Under the pieces are notes generated by a model. The model was given only the letters and a program-made list of their open reading frames with translations, was not told the DNA's origin and ran no database searches. Positions 18,748 through 28,105 of a stretch of 64,000 bases of DNA are shown here, in pieces. The stretch is from Candidatus Micrarchaeota archaeon (GTDB lineage: Archaea > Micrarchaeota > Micrarchaeia > Norongarragalinales > SBBD01), in assembly GCA_018819225.1 (NCBI GenBank), contig JAHJQN010000003.1, positions 204,310-268,309 on the forward strand, in the 5' to 3' direction. The stretch's first letter is position 1. Each line of letters begins with the position of its first letter. The translations under genes and the position numbers were made by a program.

Positions 18748-20229
18748 TTGGTCCAGCGAATCCTTAAACACGTAGCGGACGTGATATTATTCGTAGGCGT
18801 CGCGTTGCTGGTTCCCGCTCTTTTCGCGTATTCCCAAGGAGAATCCATGTTCCTCCCTCTGCTCCTTCTCGCGTTCCTCATGATTCTTCCGGGCCTTCCG
18901 AGGCTCATGAGCAACTTCGGGCAATTCGCGCGAGAAACGGCCACGGGATGGTGGCACCGCCTTCAAGGAAAACCCGTGGAAGGCCGTCCTTGGAACTTCG
19001 CCGTATCGCTTCTCACGCTTCAATTCATTAAAGCCAAACAAGCCGAACGCTTGAGCCGCTCGGAAGCGCTCGTGATTGCCTCACTCGCCTGGCTCATTAT
19101 ACCCCTCGTCGGCACGATCCCCTACATGGCGGCAGGATTTCAAATGGAGAACGCATTATTCGAAAGCGTTTCCGGATGGACCTCGACGGGTTTAACGACG
19201 ATCGCATCCCCCGAAACCCTTCCATTGAGCTTGATTTTCTTCCGCAGCTTCACGCAATGGGTCGGCGGAGTCGGAATCATCATTTTCGCGCTCATCGTTA
19301 TCAAGGCGCCGGCCGCCAGCGAGTTACTGAAAGCCGAGGGACGGGAAGGAATCGATGTCGGCATTCGGAACACGGTGAACAAAATCTGGCTCATTTACTT
19401 CACGCTCACGATCTTGGGCGCGTTATTCCTATGGTTTTCAGGCCTCACCGTTTTTCAAGCGATCAATATGGCCATGGCCGCCATCGCCACCGGTGGTTTC
19501 CTTCCATCGCACAGTCTGGCGTTTACGGTATTTCAGAAAATCATCATGATCCTCATCATGATGGCCGGGGCCACGAGCTTCGCACTGCATTCCGAGTTCT
19601 TTCAAGGACGGTTCCAAAAAATGGTTCACAACACGGAATTCAAAGTCTTGCTGATGGCGATTCCGTTGTTCGCCGTTATCATGTACTTGCTCGGCGACCC
19701 GTTAGATAATGCGTTCTTCAACGTGACCGCGGCAATTTCAACGGCTGGATTCACCGTCGAGAACTTGGGCGGGCTATCCGATTTCTCAAAGTACATGTTG
19801 TTGCTGCTCATGGTTTCGGGTGCGAGTTCGGGATCAACGGTTGGAGGCGTCAAACTATGGCGCATGGCCACCATCCTTAAAAGTCTTCGAGCGAAAATTC
19901 GCAGCTTTTTCCTACCGCACGGGACGGTGCAGGTCATCAAAGTCAACGGAAAGCCCGTCAGTCAAGACCAAGTGGTGGAAAGTGGAAGCTTTATATTTCT
20001 GTACTCGCTGTTGCTCCTTTCGGTCGCCGCCGTATTCATGGCATTAGGCCTGCCGAGCATGGACGCGTTCTTCACCGTCGCCTCCGCTCTCGGAAACGTG
20101 GGCTTGACGACCGTGAGCATGGCCTCGCTTCCCCTCGTCGGAAAAGCCGGGTTGATGATCGTCATGTATTTGGGGCGCATTGAAATTCTGCCCAGTTTAG
20201 TTTTGTTGAAGTACCTCAGGGGTGGTTGA
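18748..20229 (+). CDS. trkH: Trk potassium uptake membrane protein
   Basis: FESVSGWTSTG, QWVGGVGII, IATGGF, STAGF, GSTVGGVK, LGNVG, GRIEI. Confidence 0.92.
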   Translation: MVQRILKHVADVILFVGVALLVPALFAYSQGESMFLPLLLLAFLMILPGLPRLMSNFGQFARETATGWWHRLQGKPVEGRPWNFAVSLLTLQFIKAKQAERLSRSEALVIASLAWLIIPLVGTIPYMAAGFQMENALFESVSGWTSTGLTTIASPETLPLSLIFFRSFTQWVGGVGIIIFALIVIKAPAASELLKAEGREGIDVGIRNTVNKIWLIYFTLTILGALFLWFSGLTVFQAINMAMAAIATGGFLPSHSLAFTVFQKIIMILIMMAGATSFALHSEFFQGRFQKMVHNTEFKVLLMAIPLFAVIMYLLGDPLDNAFFNVTAAISTAGFTVENLGGLSDFSKYMLLLLMVSGASSGSTVGGVKLWRMATILKSLRAKIRSFFLPHGTVQVIKVNGKPVSQDQVVESGSFIFLYSLLLLSVAAVFMALGLPSMDAFFTVASALGNVGLTTVSMASLPLVGKAGLMIVMYLGRIEILPSLVLLKYLRGG

Positions 20230-20857
20230 ATTGAACGTCGTCATCTTCGGAGCCGGTAAAGTCGGATTGACCTTGCTCCAATTACTCGAAAACTCGGATC
20301 ACGGAATCACGATCGTGGACAAAAACAAGGAGGTCTGCGATCTCATTGCCAGCGAAAGCCGCGCCGTCGTCGTCCACGGGGATTGCACGGATCCGGAATT
20401 GCTGGATAGCTTGAAACTCGAGGGAATGGATTTCGTGGTGGGCGTGAGCGGAGAAGAAGAAGTGAATTTCCTGGCCGCCATTTATGCGAAGCAAGCAGGT
20501 GCCCGCCACATCATCGCGCGAAGCAACAGTCGACAGCATTCCGCGATTCTGCAAAAACTGGGAATCGATGCCATGATTCCGGAAATCACGCTCGCCAGAG
20601 ATCTCGCCAATCAAATTGTTAACCCCACGATCTTTGCCATGCTGAACCCCGGAGAAAGCAACGTGGAGTTATTCGAAATACAAATTACCAAAAAGCAGGA
20701 CGGAGAGAAGGTGCACGAAGCCGTCAAACATCCCGGCGTGTCCATTCTCGCGTTGTTCGACGGAAAGAAGTTCTCGCTTCCCAAGCCCACGGATCGTTTG
20801 AAAGCGGGAACGATCGCCATCGTGGTGAGCACGAGTGGCAAGCGATCGCTCGAATAA
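20222..20857 (+). CDS. trkA: Trk potassium uptake NAD-binding regulatory subunit
   Basis: IFGAGKVG Rossmann motif, VHGDCTD, overlaps the trkH stop. Confidence 0.9.
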   Translation: MVELNVVIFGAGKVGLTLLQLLENSDHGITIVDKNKEVCDLIASESRAVVVHGDCTDPELLDSLKLEGMDFVVGVSGEEEVNFLAAIYAKQAGARHIIARSNSRQHSAILQKLGIDAMIPEITLARDLANQIVNPTIFAMLNPGESNVELFEIQITKKQDGEKVHEAVKHPGVSILALFDGKKFSLPKPTDRLKAGTIAIVVSTSGKRSLE

Positions 20858-20969
20858 ATGGCGCCGAGTTGTACGCAATGTTTATATAGATTACGCACTC
20901 ATGTAATTACTCACTCATTATTTTAGAGTGCTACTCACCCGATTCATATTCTTCACGAGGGAGGCACAG

Positions 20970-21587
20970 ATGGATGAAAAAAAATTCATGAAAGGGACGA
21001 CTACGGTCGGGATTATCTACCCGCACGGCGTCGTGATCGCAGCCGATAAGCGTGCGACCATGGGCTCGTTTATCGCTTCCAAAGAAGTGGAAAAGATTTT
21101 TCAAATCGACTCCGCGGCCGCCATGACCATCGCCGGAGGGGTCGGCGACGCGCAAAACCTCGTGCGATTGATGCGCGCGGAACTGGACTTGTACAAATAT
21201 TCGAACGGTCAATCCATGCCGATTCTCGGCGCGGCTACCCTGTTGGCCAACATTCTTCAAGGCAACAAATATTTCCCGTACCTCGTTCAGCTCATCGTCG
21301 CCGGCGTGGATGAAAAACCGCGCTTGTTTGATTTGGACCCCATGGGCGGATTGCTCGAGGAACGGTATACGTCCACGGGCTCGGGAAGCATCGTAGCGTA
21401 CGGCATTCTGGACGAACACTTCCGAGATGACTTGAGTGAGGAACACGCCGTTCGCCTGGCCGTTCAAGCCGTGAAGGCGGCCATGAAGCGCGATAACGCC
21501 ACGGGGGAAGGCGTCGATATCATGGTCATCACGAAAGGCAATGTCGAGAGGCTGTCGCCGGAACGCATGCAGACGTTGCTCAAATGA
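20970..21587 (+). CDS. psmB: proteasome beta subunit
   Basis: Short propeptide then G/TTTVG, AADKRAT, TGSGS, RDNATG. ATG at 20970 with GGAGG SD. Confidence 0.95.
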   Translation: MDEKKFMKGTTTVGIIYPHGVVIAADKRATMGSFIASKEVEKIFQIDSAAAMTIAGGVGDAQNLVRLMRAELDLYKYSNGQSMPILGAATLLANILQGNKYFPYLVQLIVAGVDEKPRLFDLDPMGGLLEERYTSTGSGSIVAYGILDEHFRDDLSEEHAVRLAVQAVKAAMKRDNATGEGVDIMVITKGNVERLSPERMQTLLK

Positions 21588-21686
21588 GCTTACGCGCAAA
21601 CCGCACCTTTTCTTCGAAGAACTCGGAAAGCGTTTCATTGGTTATTGCACTTCGCCGCATCAAATGGAATCACTCGAGGTTTCGGC

Positions 21687-23585
21687 ATGGCATCGAACAA
21701 TCACATCAAGGAACTGCAAACCAAAGTACTGGAAGTCTTGCCCAAAGAATGCGAGCTCACTAAAATCGAGATGGAAGGACCGCAAATCGTGTTGTATCTG
21801 AAGAACATGCAGGCGTTCACGAGCGACGAAAACTTGATCACGCGCATTGCGTCCCACATTCGGAAAAAAATTTTGTTGCGAAGCGATAGTTCGGTGCTCA
21901 TGCCTCCGGAGAAGGCCGAGGAGCGCATTCGACAAATCGTTCCAGACGATGCCGGTATTAAGGAAGTGAAATTCGATCCCGTGTTCAATGAAGTCGTGAT
22001 TGAAGCGCACAAACCCGGCGTGGTGATCGGAAAGAACGGCCTCGTGCTGAAAAACGTTATTTTGGAAACCGCGTGGAGTCCGCGCGTATTGCGTTCTCCG
22101 ACCTCGCCGTCGGAAGTGATTACCGCCATTCGCAACGCATTGATCAAAAACTCGAGCACGCGAAAGAAGTTCTTGAATACGCTGGGCAAGAAGATGCTGC
22201 AGGAGGAGAAATCGACGGACTGGGTCAAGATTACCGCGCTGGGAGCGGCCCGCGAAGTCGGACGCAGTTGTTTCCTGCTTCAAACCAACAATAGCAACGT
22301 GATGCTCGACTGCGGCTTGAACGTGGACACGTCGGAACCCACGCGGGCCTATCCCTACCTGAATGCCATGGGACTCGCCCTCGAGAAAATCGATGCCGTG
22401 ATCATTACGCACGCGCACTTGGATCACTCCGGCTTCCTCCCTTACTTGTACGCGTACGGGTACGAAGGACCCACGTATTGCACGCCCCCCACGCGAGACC
22501 TCATGGTGCTCTTGCAGCAAGACTGCATTAACGTGATGACATCGGAAGGCAATACGCCCCCGTACACGGAAAAGGACGTCAAGAATATGTTGAACCACGT
22601 CATCGTTCGCAAATACGGTGAAGTGACCGACATCACACCCAAAATTCGCTTTACGTTCCATAACGCCGGCCACATTCTCGGAAGCGCTATGGCGCATTTG
22701 CATATCGGCGAAGGCATGCACAATCTCGTGTACACGGGCGATCACAAGTTCGGGCGAACGAATTTGTTCGACCAGGCAGACGTCCGGTTCCCGCGCGTGG
22801 ATACCGTCATTACCGAATGCACGTACGGGGCGCCGCAAGACATGCGTCCGCGCATCGACGAAAGCGAGCGGCAACTCATGTCCGTGATTCACGAAACCAT
22901 TCAACGGGGGGGCAAAGTATTGATTCCCGTGCTCGCGGTCGGCCGCGCGCAAGAAATCATGCTCATCCTCGAGAAGTACCTCCGGAACGAAAACATACCC
23001 GTATACATTGACGGCATGTGCCGAGAAGCCAGCGCCATTCACACCGTATACCCCGAGTACATGCACCGCAACGTTCAGCGACGCATATTGCAAAACGATT
23101 CCCCGTTCGACAAACCACTGTTCAAGAGCGCAATCGGTATGGACCGAAAAGCCATCGTGGACAGCGAACAACCCTGCGTGATTCTCGCCACGTCCGGCAT
23201 GCTCACCGGCGGGCCCTCCGTCGAATTCCTGAAACTCATGTCCGCCAATGAAAAGAATTCCATGATCTTCGTCGGATACCAAGGCGTGATGACGCTCGGT
23301 AGAAAAATCCAAAACGGAAATTTGGAAGTACCGATTCTCAACGATAAAAACAAGTTGGACTCGCTGAAAATCAACCTGCAAGTGAGAACCGTCGAAGGAT
23401 TCAGCGGCCACTCCGACCGCATGCAGCTCTTGAACTTCTTGCGCGCCATCAAACCGCGCCCTTCCAGCGTTTTCATGGTGCACGGTGAAGAATCCAAGTG
23501 CGAAAACATGACACGCACCGTCGGCCGCATGCTCCACGTCGATGCCCGCGCCCCGATGAACCTCGACAGCATCCGCCTCAAGTGA
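21687..23585 (+). CDS. fttA: beta-CASP ribonuclease aCPSF1 (transcription termination factor FttA)
   Basis: N-terminal KH domains (KPGVVIGKNG), LGAAREVGRS, THAHLDH, AGHILGSA, GFSGHSD, VHGE. Follows psmB as commonly seen in archaea. Confidence 0.93.
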   Translation: MASNNHIKELQTKVLEVLPKECELTKIEMEGPQIVLYLKNMQAFTSDENLITRIASHIRKKILLRSDSSVLMPPEKAEERIRQIVPDDAGIKEVKFDPVFNEVVIEAHKPGVVIGKNGLVLKNVILETAWSPRVLRSPTSPSEVITAIRNALIKNSSTRKKFLNTLGKKMLQEEKSTDWVKITALGAAREVGRSCFLLQTNNSNVMLDCGLNVDTSEPTRAYPYLNAMGLALEKIDAVIITHAHLDHSGFLPYLYAYGYEGPTYCTPPTRDLMVLLQQDCINVMTSEGNTPPYTEKDVKNMLNHVIVRKYGEVTDITPKIRFTFHNAGHILGSAMAHLHIGEGMHNLVYTGDHKFGRTNLFDQADVRFPRVDTVITECTYGAPQDMRPRIDESERQLMSVIHETIQRGGKVLIPVLAVGRAQEIMLILEKYLRNENIPVYIDGMCREASAIHTVYPEYMHRNVQRRILQNDSPFDKPLFKSAIGMDRKAIVDSEQPCVILATSGMLTGGPSVEFLKLMSANEKNSMIFVGYQGVMTLGRKIQNGNLEVPILNDKNKLDSLKINLQVRTVEGFSGHSDRMQLLNFLRAIKPRPSSVFMVHGEESKCENMTRTVGRMLHVDARAPMNLDSIRLK

Positions 23586-23699
23586 CGGGATTTTTACGAG
23601 GGAAAAACCGTTTTCTCCCTCGGAGGAAAACATTTATTAAGACCCGTTGCGTCCTTAGCTCACTCGTTTTTTTAATGAGTGAAAAAGAGGTGTTTTTTG

Positions 23700-23849
23700 A
23701 TGGTGAGAAAGCCTTTTGGAGGGAAAAAAATCTCGTTCAAAGGTCAGAAAAAGACCTTGGAACAAGTCTTCGGTTCTGCCGGAGTAACGCCGAGTCTGAT
23801 GACGAAGAAATTGTGGCAACACATTAAGCGCTTCCGCTTGATGAAATAA
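23700..23849 (+). CDS. 49-aa basic micro-protein, SWIB/MDM2-like (not in ORF track)
   Basis: GAGGTG SD at 23687-23692, then ATG: MVRKPFGGKKISFKGQKKTLEQVFGSAGVTPSLMTKKLWQHIKRFRLMK*. Upstream TTTATTAA box, downstream T-tract. Confidence 0.75.
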   Translation: MVRKPFGGKKISFKGQKKTLEQVFGSAGVTPSLMTKKLWQHIKRFRLMK

Positions 23850-23936
23850 GTTCGGTGGGTTGATCACGCGGGCCACAATCCGCGTGAATCTTTCTTTTTT
23901 CTGCGTTTCAGAACATCATTTATTAACCCGTTCTGC

Positions 23937-25421
23937 TTGAAGATCTCCATGGATACCGAGTTACCGTACGGGCCCTGGAAAAAAGTCTTGACCGCCCAGT
24001 GGAAGGACTATCCGCTCCAGATATTTCAGAACGAAGAGCACCTGCTCCTCATTCTCCTGTTTGAAAAACAGAATAACGAGATTACGGGACTCCTCGTCAT
24101 GGAACGCAAGCCGTTTCTCATCGAAGGCGATTTATCGAAAGTGATGCTCGCGCAAAAACGAGACATCACGTTCATAGAGAAATTCTCTAAAAACGATCAC
24201 AAGCAATTCATGCTCCTCGACGCCTCGCCCCAATTCATTTCCTACACCGCCGAGGAATTGGAAGCCGAAATCACGAAACAATACGGCGAATTGGAGTCCA
24301 TGGGGCGCATTATCAAGAAGACGTTGGAAGCCAACGGCCACGTGAAAGTCAAGGATTCCAAGCAGATGACCGACAAAGATGCCCAATACTTATTCGGAGA
24401 TCCGTTAAGCTTGATGGCGCTTCTTCAAGGAAAACCGATGACGGTCCACGAACCCTCGACCGTCAAAACGCCGTTCGGAACCGATTTCCATAATCAAGTC
24501 GTGGAAATCCCTATGGAAAACCTGCGTGCGACGACCATCGTCGGCGGAACGCAAGAAAAGCGCGTGCATGCGATGCACGTCGTCATAGAAAACGTGTTGT
24601 TCAATCACACGCCATGCCTCGTGTTCGACGGAGACAACGCGTTATCCGGACTCGGCTTACCCAATCACGACGCGCAAGGACTCGAGCGATTCAATCTCCA
24701 TGACAAACCCGTCGGATTTTCCGTCAAGGAATACCGGCTCGGAAAAGATTTGTTCATCGACCTCAAGCTCATAGACGCCGGACTCTTCTTATCCGCCTTC
24801 CATTTGAAGGAAACGAACGTGGCGCCGTTGATTCAGCGCCTGTACGAAGAAAAACGGAAAGAGCTGTCGTCCCTCGACGACTTGAGTAACGAGCTCGTCC
24901 AGCTTCACGAAAGCCGGGAGATCCCGCGCTTCCTGATCCAGCGCGCGGTGCGCATTATCCGCGTCATCAACAAGGGCTACTCGAATCTTTTCGCCAAGAA
25001 CATCTCGGAAGAATTATCCGCGTCATGGAAAGAGGAAATCGGGCGCGTGATTTATGTCAATCTATCCGACCAACACGAAGACATTCGCCAACTCGGCATG
25101 TACTCTTTGTTGAAAGCGACCGCCAATTCCTCGCCGTCGGAGTTCACGCTCATGATCGCCTTTGAGCCCGATATTTCCAAGCTGCACCCGCGAACCCGCC
25201 AGTTGTTGATCGACCTATACCAAAAAGGAATCGGGTTCGTCGTACACGATGATCACGAAAGCAGTTTCAAAACGCTGCCGAATAGTCTGCAGATCGAAAT
25301 AGTGGGCAACGACGTGATTTTAGGCGGACTCGGCATGACGAATAAGACGCGCATCGTGCTCCGGCCCACGCATTCGAAATGCACCGAATTCTCGACGGCC
25401 GCTCCCCATAAAGAAAAATAA
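23937..25421 (+). CDS. HerA/DUF87-like protein with degenerate Walker A (probable pseudo-ATPase)
   Basis: FGTD...VVEI...LRATTIVGGTQEKRV..MHVVIE.......PCLVFD....LSGL follows the HerA layout, but GxxGxGKS/T is replaced. Confidence 0.6.
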   Translation: MKISMDTELPYGPWKKVLTAQWKDYPLQIFQNEEHLLLILLFEKQNNEITGLLVMERKPFLIEGDLSKVMLAQKRDITFIEKFSKNDHKQFMLLDASPQFISYTAEELEAEITKQYGELESMGRIIKKTLEANGHVKVKDSKQMTDKDAQYLFGDPLSLMALLQGKPMTVHEPSTVKTPFGTDFHNQVVEIPMENLRATTIVGGTQEKRVHAMHVVIENVLFNHTPCLVFDGDNALSGLGLPNHDAQGLERFNLHDKPVGFSVKEYRLGKDLFIDLKLIDAGLFLSAFHLKETNVAPLIQRLYEEKRKELSSLDDLSNELVQLHESREIPRFLIQRAVRIIRVINKGYSNLFAKNISEELSASWKEEIGRVIYVNLSDQHEDIRQLGMYSLLKATANSSPSEFTLMIAFEPDISKLHPRTRQLLIDLYQKGIGFVVHDDHESSFKTLPNSLQIEIVGNDVILGGLGMTNKTRIVLRPTHSKCTEFSTAAPHKEK

Positions 25422-25423
25422 AA

Positions 25424-25515
25424 TAGCGGGGGGTGGATTTTCCCTCGAAGAAGATTTGAACCACCGGTCTCCGGGTTATGAGCCCAGCGGGCACTCCTGG
25501 CTACCCTACCCCGCT
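25424..25515 (-). tRNA. initiator tRNA-Met (CAT) with ~17-nt intron in the T-loop; CCA not encoded
   Basis: AGCGGGG/CCCCGCT acceptor stem (A1-U72), anticodon stem with three G-C pairs around CTCATAA, T-stem GGTGG/CCACC enclosing 24 nt instead of 7. Confidence 0.92.
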
Positions 25516-25566
25516 ATAAACACAAAACAAGAGTAATACCTATTAGGGGAAAAGCAGGTTTATATT

Positions 25567-26157
25567 TCATTCGCCTGGACGAGGCGACGAGACATCGCGA
25601 TGCGCGGACAGCATCTTCTCCAACGCCGCGATCTTGACTTCCACGCGCTTGAGCTCCTTGCGGTTGTCAATGGCGTGCAAATCGTTCTTGCACGTATCGC
25701 ACTTGAAACGCCGGTCCAACGCGGGCTCGAAACTGAAACGGGAACACCCTTTCCGGCACGAATAAATGGCCGAACATTCCTCGGTGGACAGGGTTTCGCG
25801 CAGCGTATCGCACTCCTTACGCTTCATCATCAAAAAGTTGCGCATCGCCCGATCCAAATTTAATTTCCACGTATACGTAAACCAGCCATTCTGCATGTTC
25901 TTTTCGCGCGTATAGTCGACGAAACCGTACGAATGCAAGTGATTGAGAATGGAACGGATTTCCGCAATCTTCAACTGAGTCGACTCTTCGATGATTTCAT
26001 CGGTGGCCCCGTCTCCCACGGAATGTAATACGCTCAAACCCTTTTCGCCAATGCTTTCCGACACGAACTCGTCAAGGTGCAATAGAAAATCAGGGGCTTT
26101 CGGTCGTTTCGAAGTCGGTGATTTTCGCGTTTTTTTCGGGATGGGGCCTCGACGCAT
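25567..26157 (-). CDS. tfe: transcription factor E alpha
   Basis: TDEIIEE...KIAEIRSILNHLHSYGFV.Y.REKN...GWFTYTW, Zn ribbon C..GC...F..A....FKC..C...L...DN. Confidence 0.9.
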   Translation of the reverse strand: MRRGPIPKKTRKSPTSKRPKAPDFLLHLDEFVSESIGEKGLSVLHSVGDGATDEIIEESTQLKIAEIRSILNHLHSYGFVDYTREKNMQNGWFTYTWKLNLDRAMRNFLMMKRKECDTLRETLSTEECSAIYSCRKGCSRFSFEPALDRRFKCDTCKNDLHAIDNRKELKRVEVKIAALEKMLSAHRDVSSPRPGE

Positions 26158-26190
26158 AGGAAATCCTTACGAGGTAAAAATATTTATACC

Positions 26191-27588
26191 TTACTTGACG
26201 CGCCCTTGATAGATTTGAGCGCCTCCATTGTCCAAAATGCGATTCGCCGCCCCCAAATGCTCGACGGAATCCGAAAAAACAAGGGAATCAAAGAACAGGT
26301 CTCCGTCGATAAACACGTAGCGCACGTTTTTTTCCCGCAAGGAGGCCCATGCGTCCGCGTCGGGAAATTGAAACGTGTGCAACACGATGGCATGCCGAGC
26401 ATCCAACTGGTCCGCAAACTCGAAATACCCGTCCATGAACACCTTTCGACCGGACGCGTAGGTAATCAAGTGACCGCGATCCCATGCGGACAGAACGCCT
26501 TGCTCTTCCGGAACCACGGACAACCATTCCGCAGCCGACACCGCTTCACGGGAATACTGGCCTTGAACGCCCGTAGAGAATACTAACACCATCAAACTGA
26601 TGGAGACCGCGAGGATGCCCAACAAAACGGGTTGAAACGGCGCCGACCGCTTCAACGCGGCCACGACCGCGGGCGCCGCAAAGATGACGGCCGGCAGCGC
26701 AATAAAAATGGAGGCGCGGGGAGCAAGCAACAGCATCAAAAAGCTGATCACCAGCCACGCGAACCAGAACCCGCGATGTTTCACGGAAAAACGGCGGCGT
26801 TCCATCCACGCAATCCCCAGAAACACCCACACGATTCCGAGAGCCAGAAACGCGAAATCGAATTCCAATGGTTGCAGTTCGGAACTCGTTGCGAACGTTC
26901 GCCCCAACACCAGTTCATCCAACGGGAATCGCACGTAATACAGGACGCCAACGACCCACGGAAGGCCGTACGCCATCACGATCTTCCACGCAATGCGCTG
27001 ATGCTCCAAAAAACCGTTTCCCACAAACAACACGACGAGTCCGCCCGCTATAATGGAAGTAAACGGATGCAGCCACCCTAAAAACAAGGCGAGACAACCG
27101 AGGGCAACCCATTTTCGATCCATGAGAAAAAGCAGCATCACCGGAATCAGTAACAAGGAGAGGGAATCAGGTCGCGTGAAAGCCATTGAACGGATGAGAA
27201 CGCCGGGAAGGAATGCGAACAACAACGCGGCAAAGAACGCCGTTCGCTCGTTTCCCAAAATGCGAATTGACAAGGAAAAAACGGCGATGACGCCCGCTCC
27301 GGCCACGAGAAGCGAAACCAATGCGTACGCGTAGTAAACGGGAAGGTTCGTGAGCAAGGCAAACGAAGCCATGATCATGTGAAACAAGGGGTAGTACGTG
27401 TGAACGCGACCCTGAAAGGAAAGCGCATCCCATGCCGGCAGACGATTTTGTTGAACGATATCGGACGTGATGCGAAGATGATAATAATGATCGGGATCCG
27501 GGAACGAGGAAAGGGATAACGGCAGTACGCGTACGAGCAGGGCAGAAACCACTAAAAGAATCAAGAGCTTCCGATAGTCTATCGCCAT
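26191..27588 (-). CDS. AglB/STT3-like GT-C membrane glycosyltransferase (short, divergent)
   Basis: DPDHYYHLR, YYPLFH, RS...RPD, SELQP, and SAWDRGH in place of WWDYG; ~12 TM segments. Confidence 0.7.
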   Translation of the reverse strand: MAIDYRKLLILLVVSALLVRVLPLSLSSFPDPDHYYHLRITSDIVQQNRLPAWDALSFQGRVHTYYPLFHMIMASFALLTNLPVYYAYALVSLLVAGAGVIAVFSLSIRILGNERTAFFAALLFAFLPGVLIRSMAFTRPDSLSLLLIPVMLLFLMDRKWVALGCLALFLGWLHPFTSIIAGGLVVLFVGNGFLEHQRIAWKIVMAYGLPWVVGVLYYVRFPLDELVLGRTFATSSELQPLEFDFAFLALGIVWVFLGIAWMERRRFSVKHRGFWFAWLVISFLMLLLAPRASIFIALPAVIFAAPAVVAALKRSAPFQPVLLGILAVSISLMVLVFSTGVQGQYSREAVSAAEWLSVVPEEQGVLSAWDRGHLITYASGRKVFMDGYFEFADQLDARHAIVLHTFQFPDADAWASLREKNVRYVFIDGDLFFDSLVFSDSVEHLGAANRILDNGGAQIYQGRVK

Positions 27589-27600
27589 ACCGCTGCGCCT

Positions 27601-28041
27601 CTACAGGAATTCGACCGTGGTTTTCTCAATGAGAAGATCCTCTAAAGCGTAGTGCTTCAAGACCTCGGGAGAATAACCGTATTGCGCACCGAGCGCTTGT
27701 TTCGCGGAAACGCTCAAGGCGAATGAAATTGATTTTCCGAACCGGGTTCGAAGGGTTTTCGGGATGCGGACCAGACTCACCAACGCGGCCATACGCGTGG
27801 CAGCGCAAAACCGAATCGCCTTCGCGTGTTGAGGCGTGCACGCGATCCGACACATCCACTCCACCTCGAATTTCGTCGCGGACGCCGATCCGGAAAGGAA
27901 AGCTTTATAAGTCTGTGAATAAGTATAAGCAAGAAATCGGGGAAAACCGGCCAGTTCTGGTTTCAACGCAATGGTTTTTTCCGGAAGCTGCTTCGCAAGT
28001 GCTTCAGGCGAGAGCAGGGTTTCAATAAAATACACATGCAT
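27601..28041 (-). CDS. cgi121: KEOPS complex subunit Cgi121 (divergent)
   Basis: KAFLSG...A.KFEVEWMCRIACTPQHAKAI and C-terminal LEDLLIEK match the Cgi121 pattern. Confidence 0.65.
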   Translation of the reverse strand: MHVYFIETLLSPEALAKQLPEKTIALKPELAGFPRFLAYTYSQTYKAFLSGSASATKFEVEWMCRIACTPQHAKAIRFCAATRMAALVSLVRIPKTLRTRFGKSISFALSVSAKQALGAQYGYSPEVLKHYALEDLLIEKTTVEFL

Positions 28042-28105
28042 TTCAATCGACGAACAACATGCACCGCGCATGCATTTAAAGGCGCGGGGACGAGGCGATG
28101 ATTCC

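Noticed and set aside
20890-20941. Short TAC(T/G)CAC repeats upstream of psmB as an operator
   Set aside because: Short, irregularly spaced and imperfect; they cannot be distinguished from chance.
21660-23633. 657-aa antisense ORF
   Set aside because: It shadows aCPSF1 on the opposite strand and has no motifs; such ORFs are expected from codon bias.
23498-23876. Track ORFs 23498..23827 (+) and 23655..23876 (-)
   Set aside because: The 49-aa frame at 23700..23849 has the SD, promoter, terminator and a recognisable pattern; these two do not.
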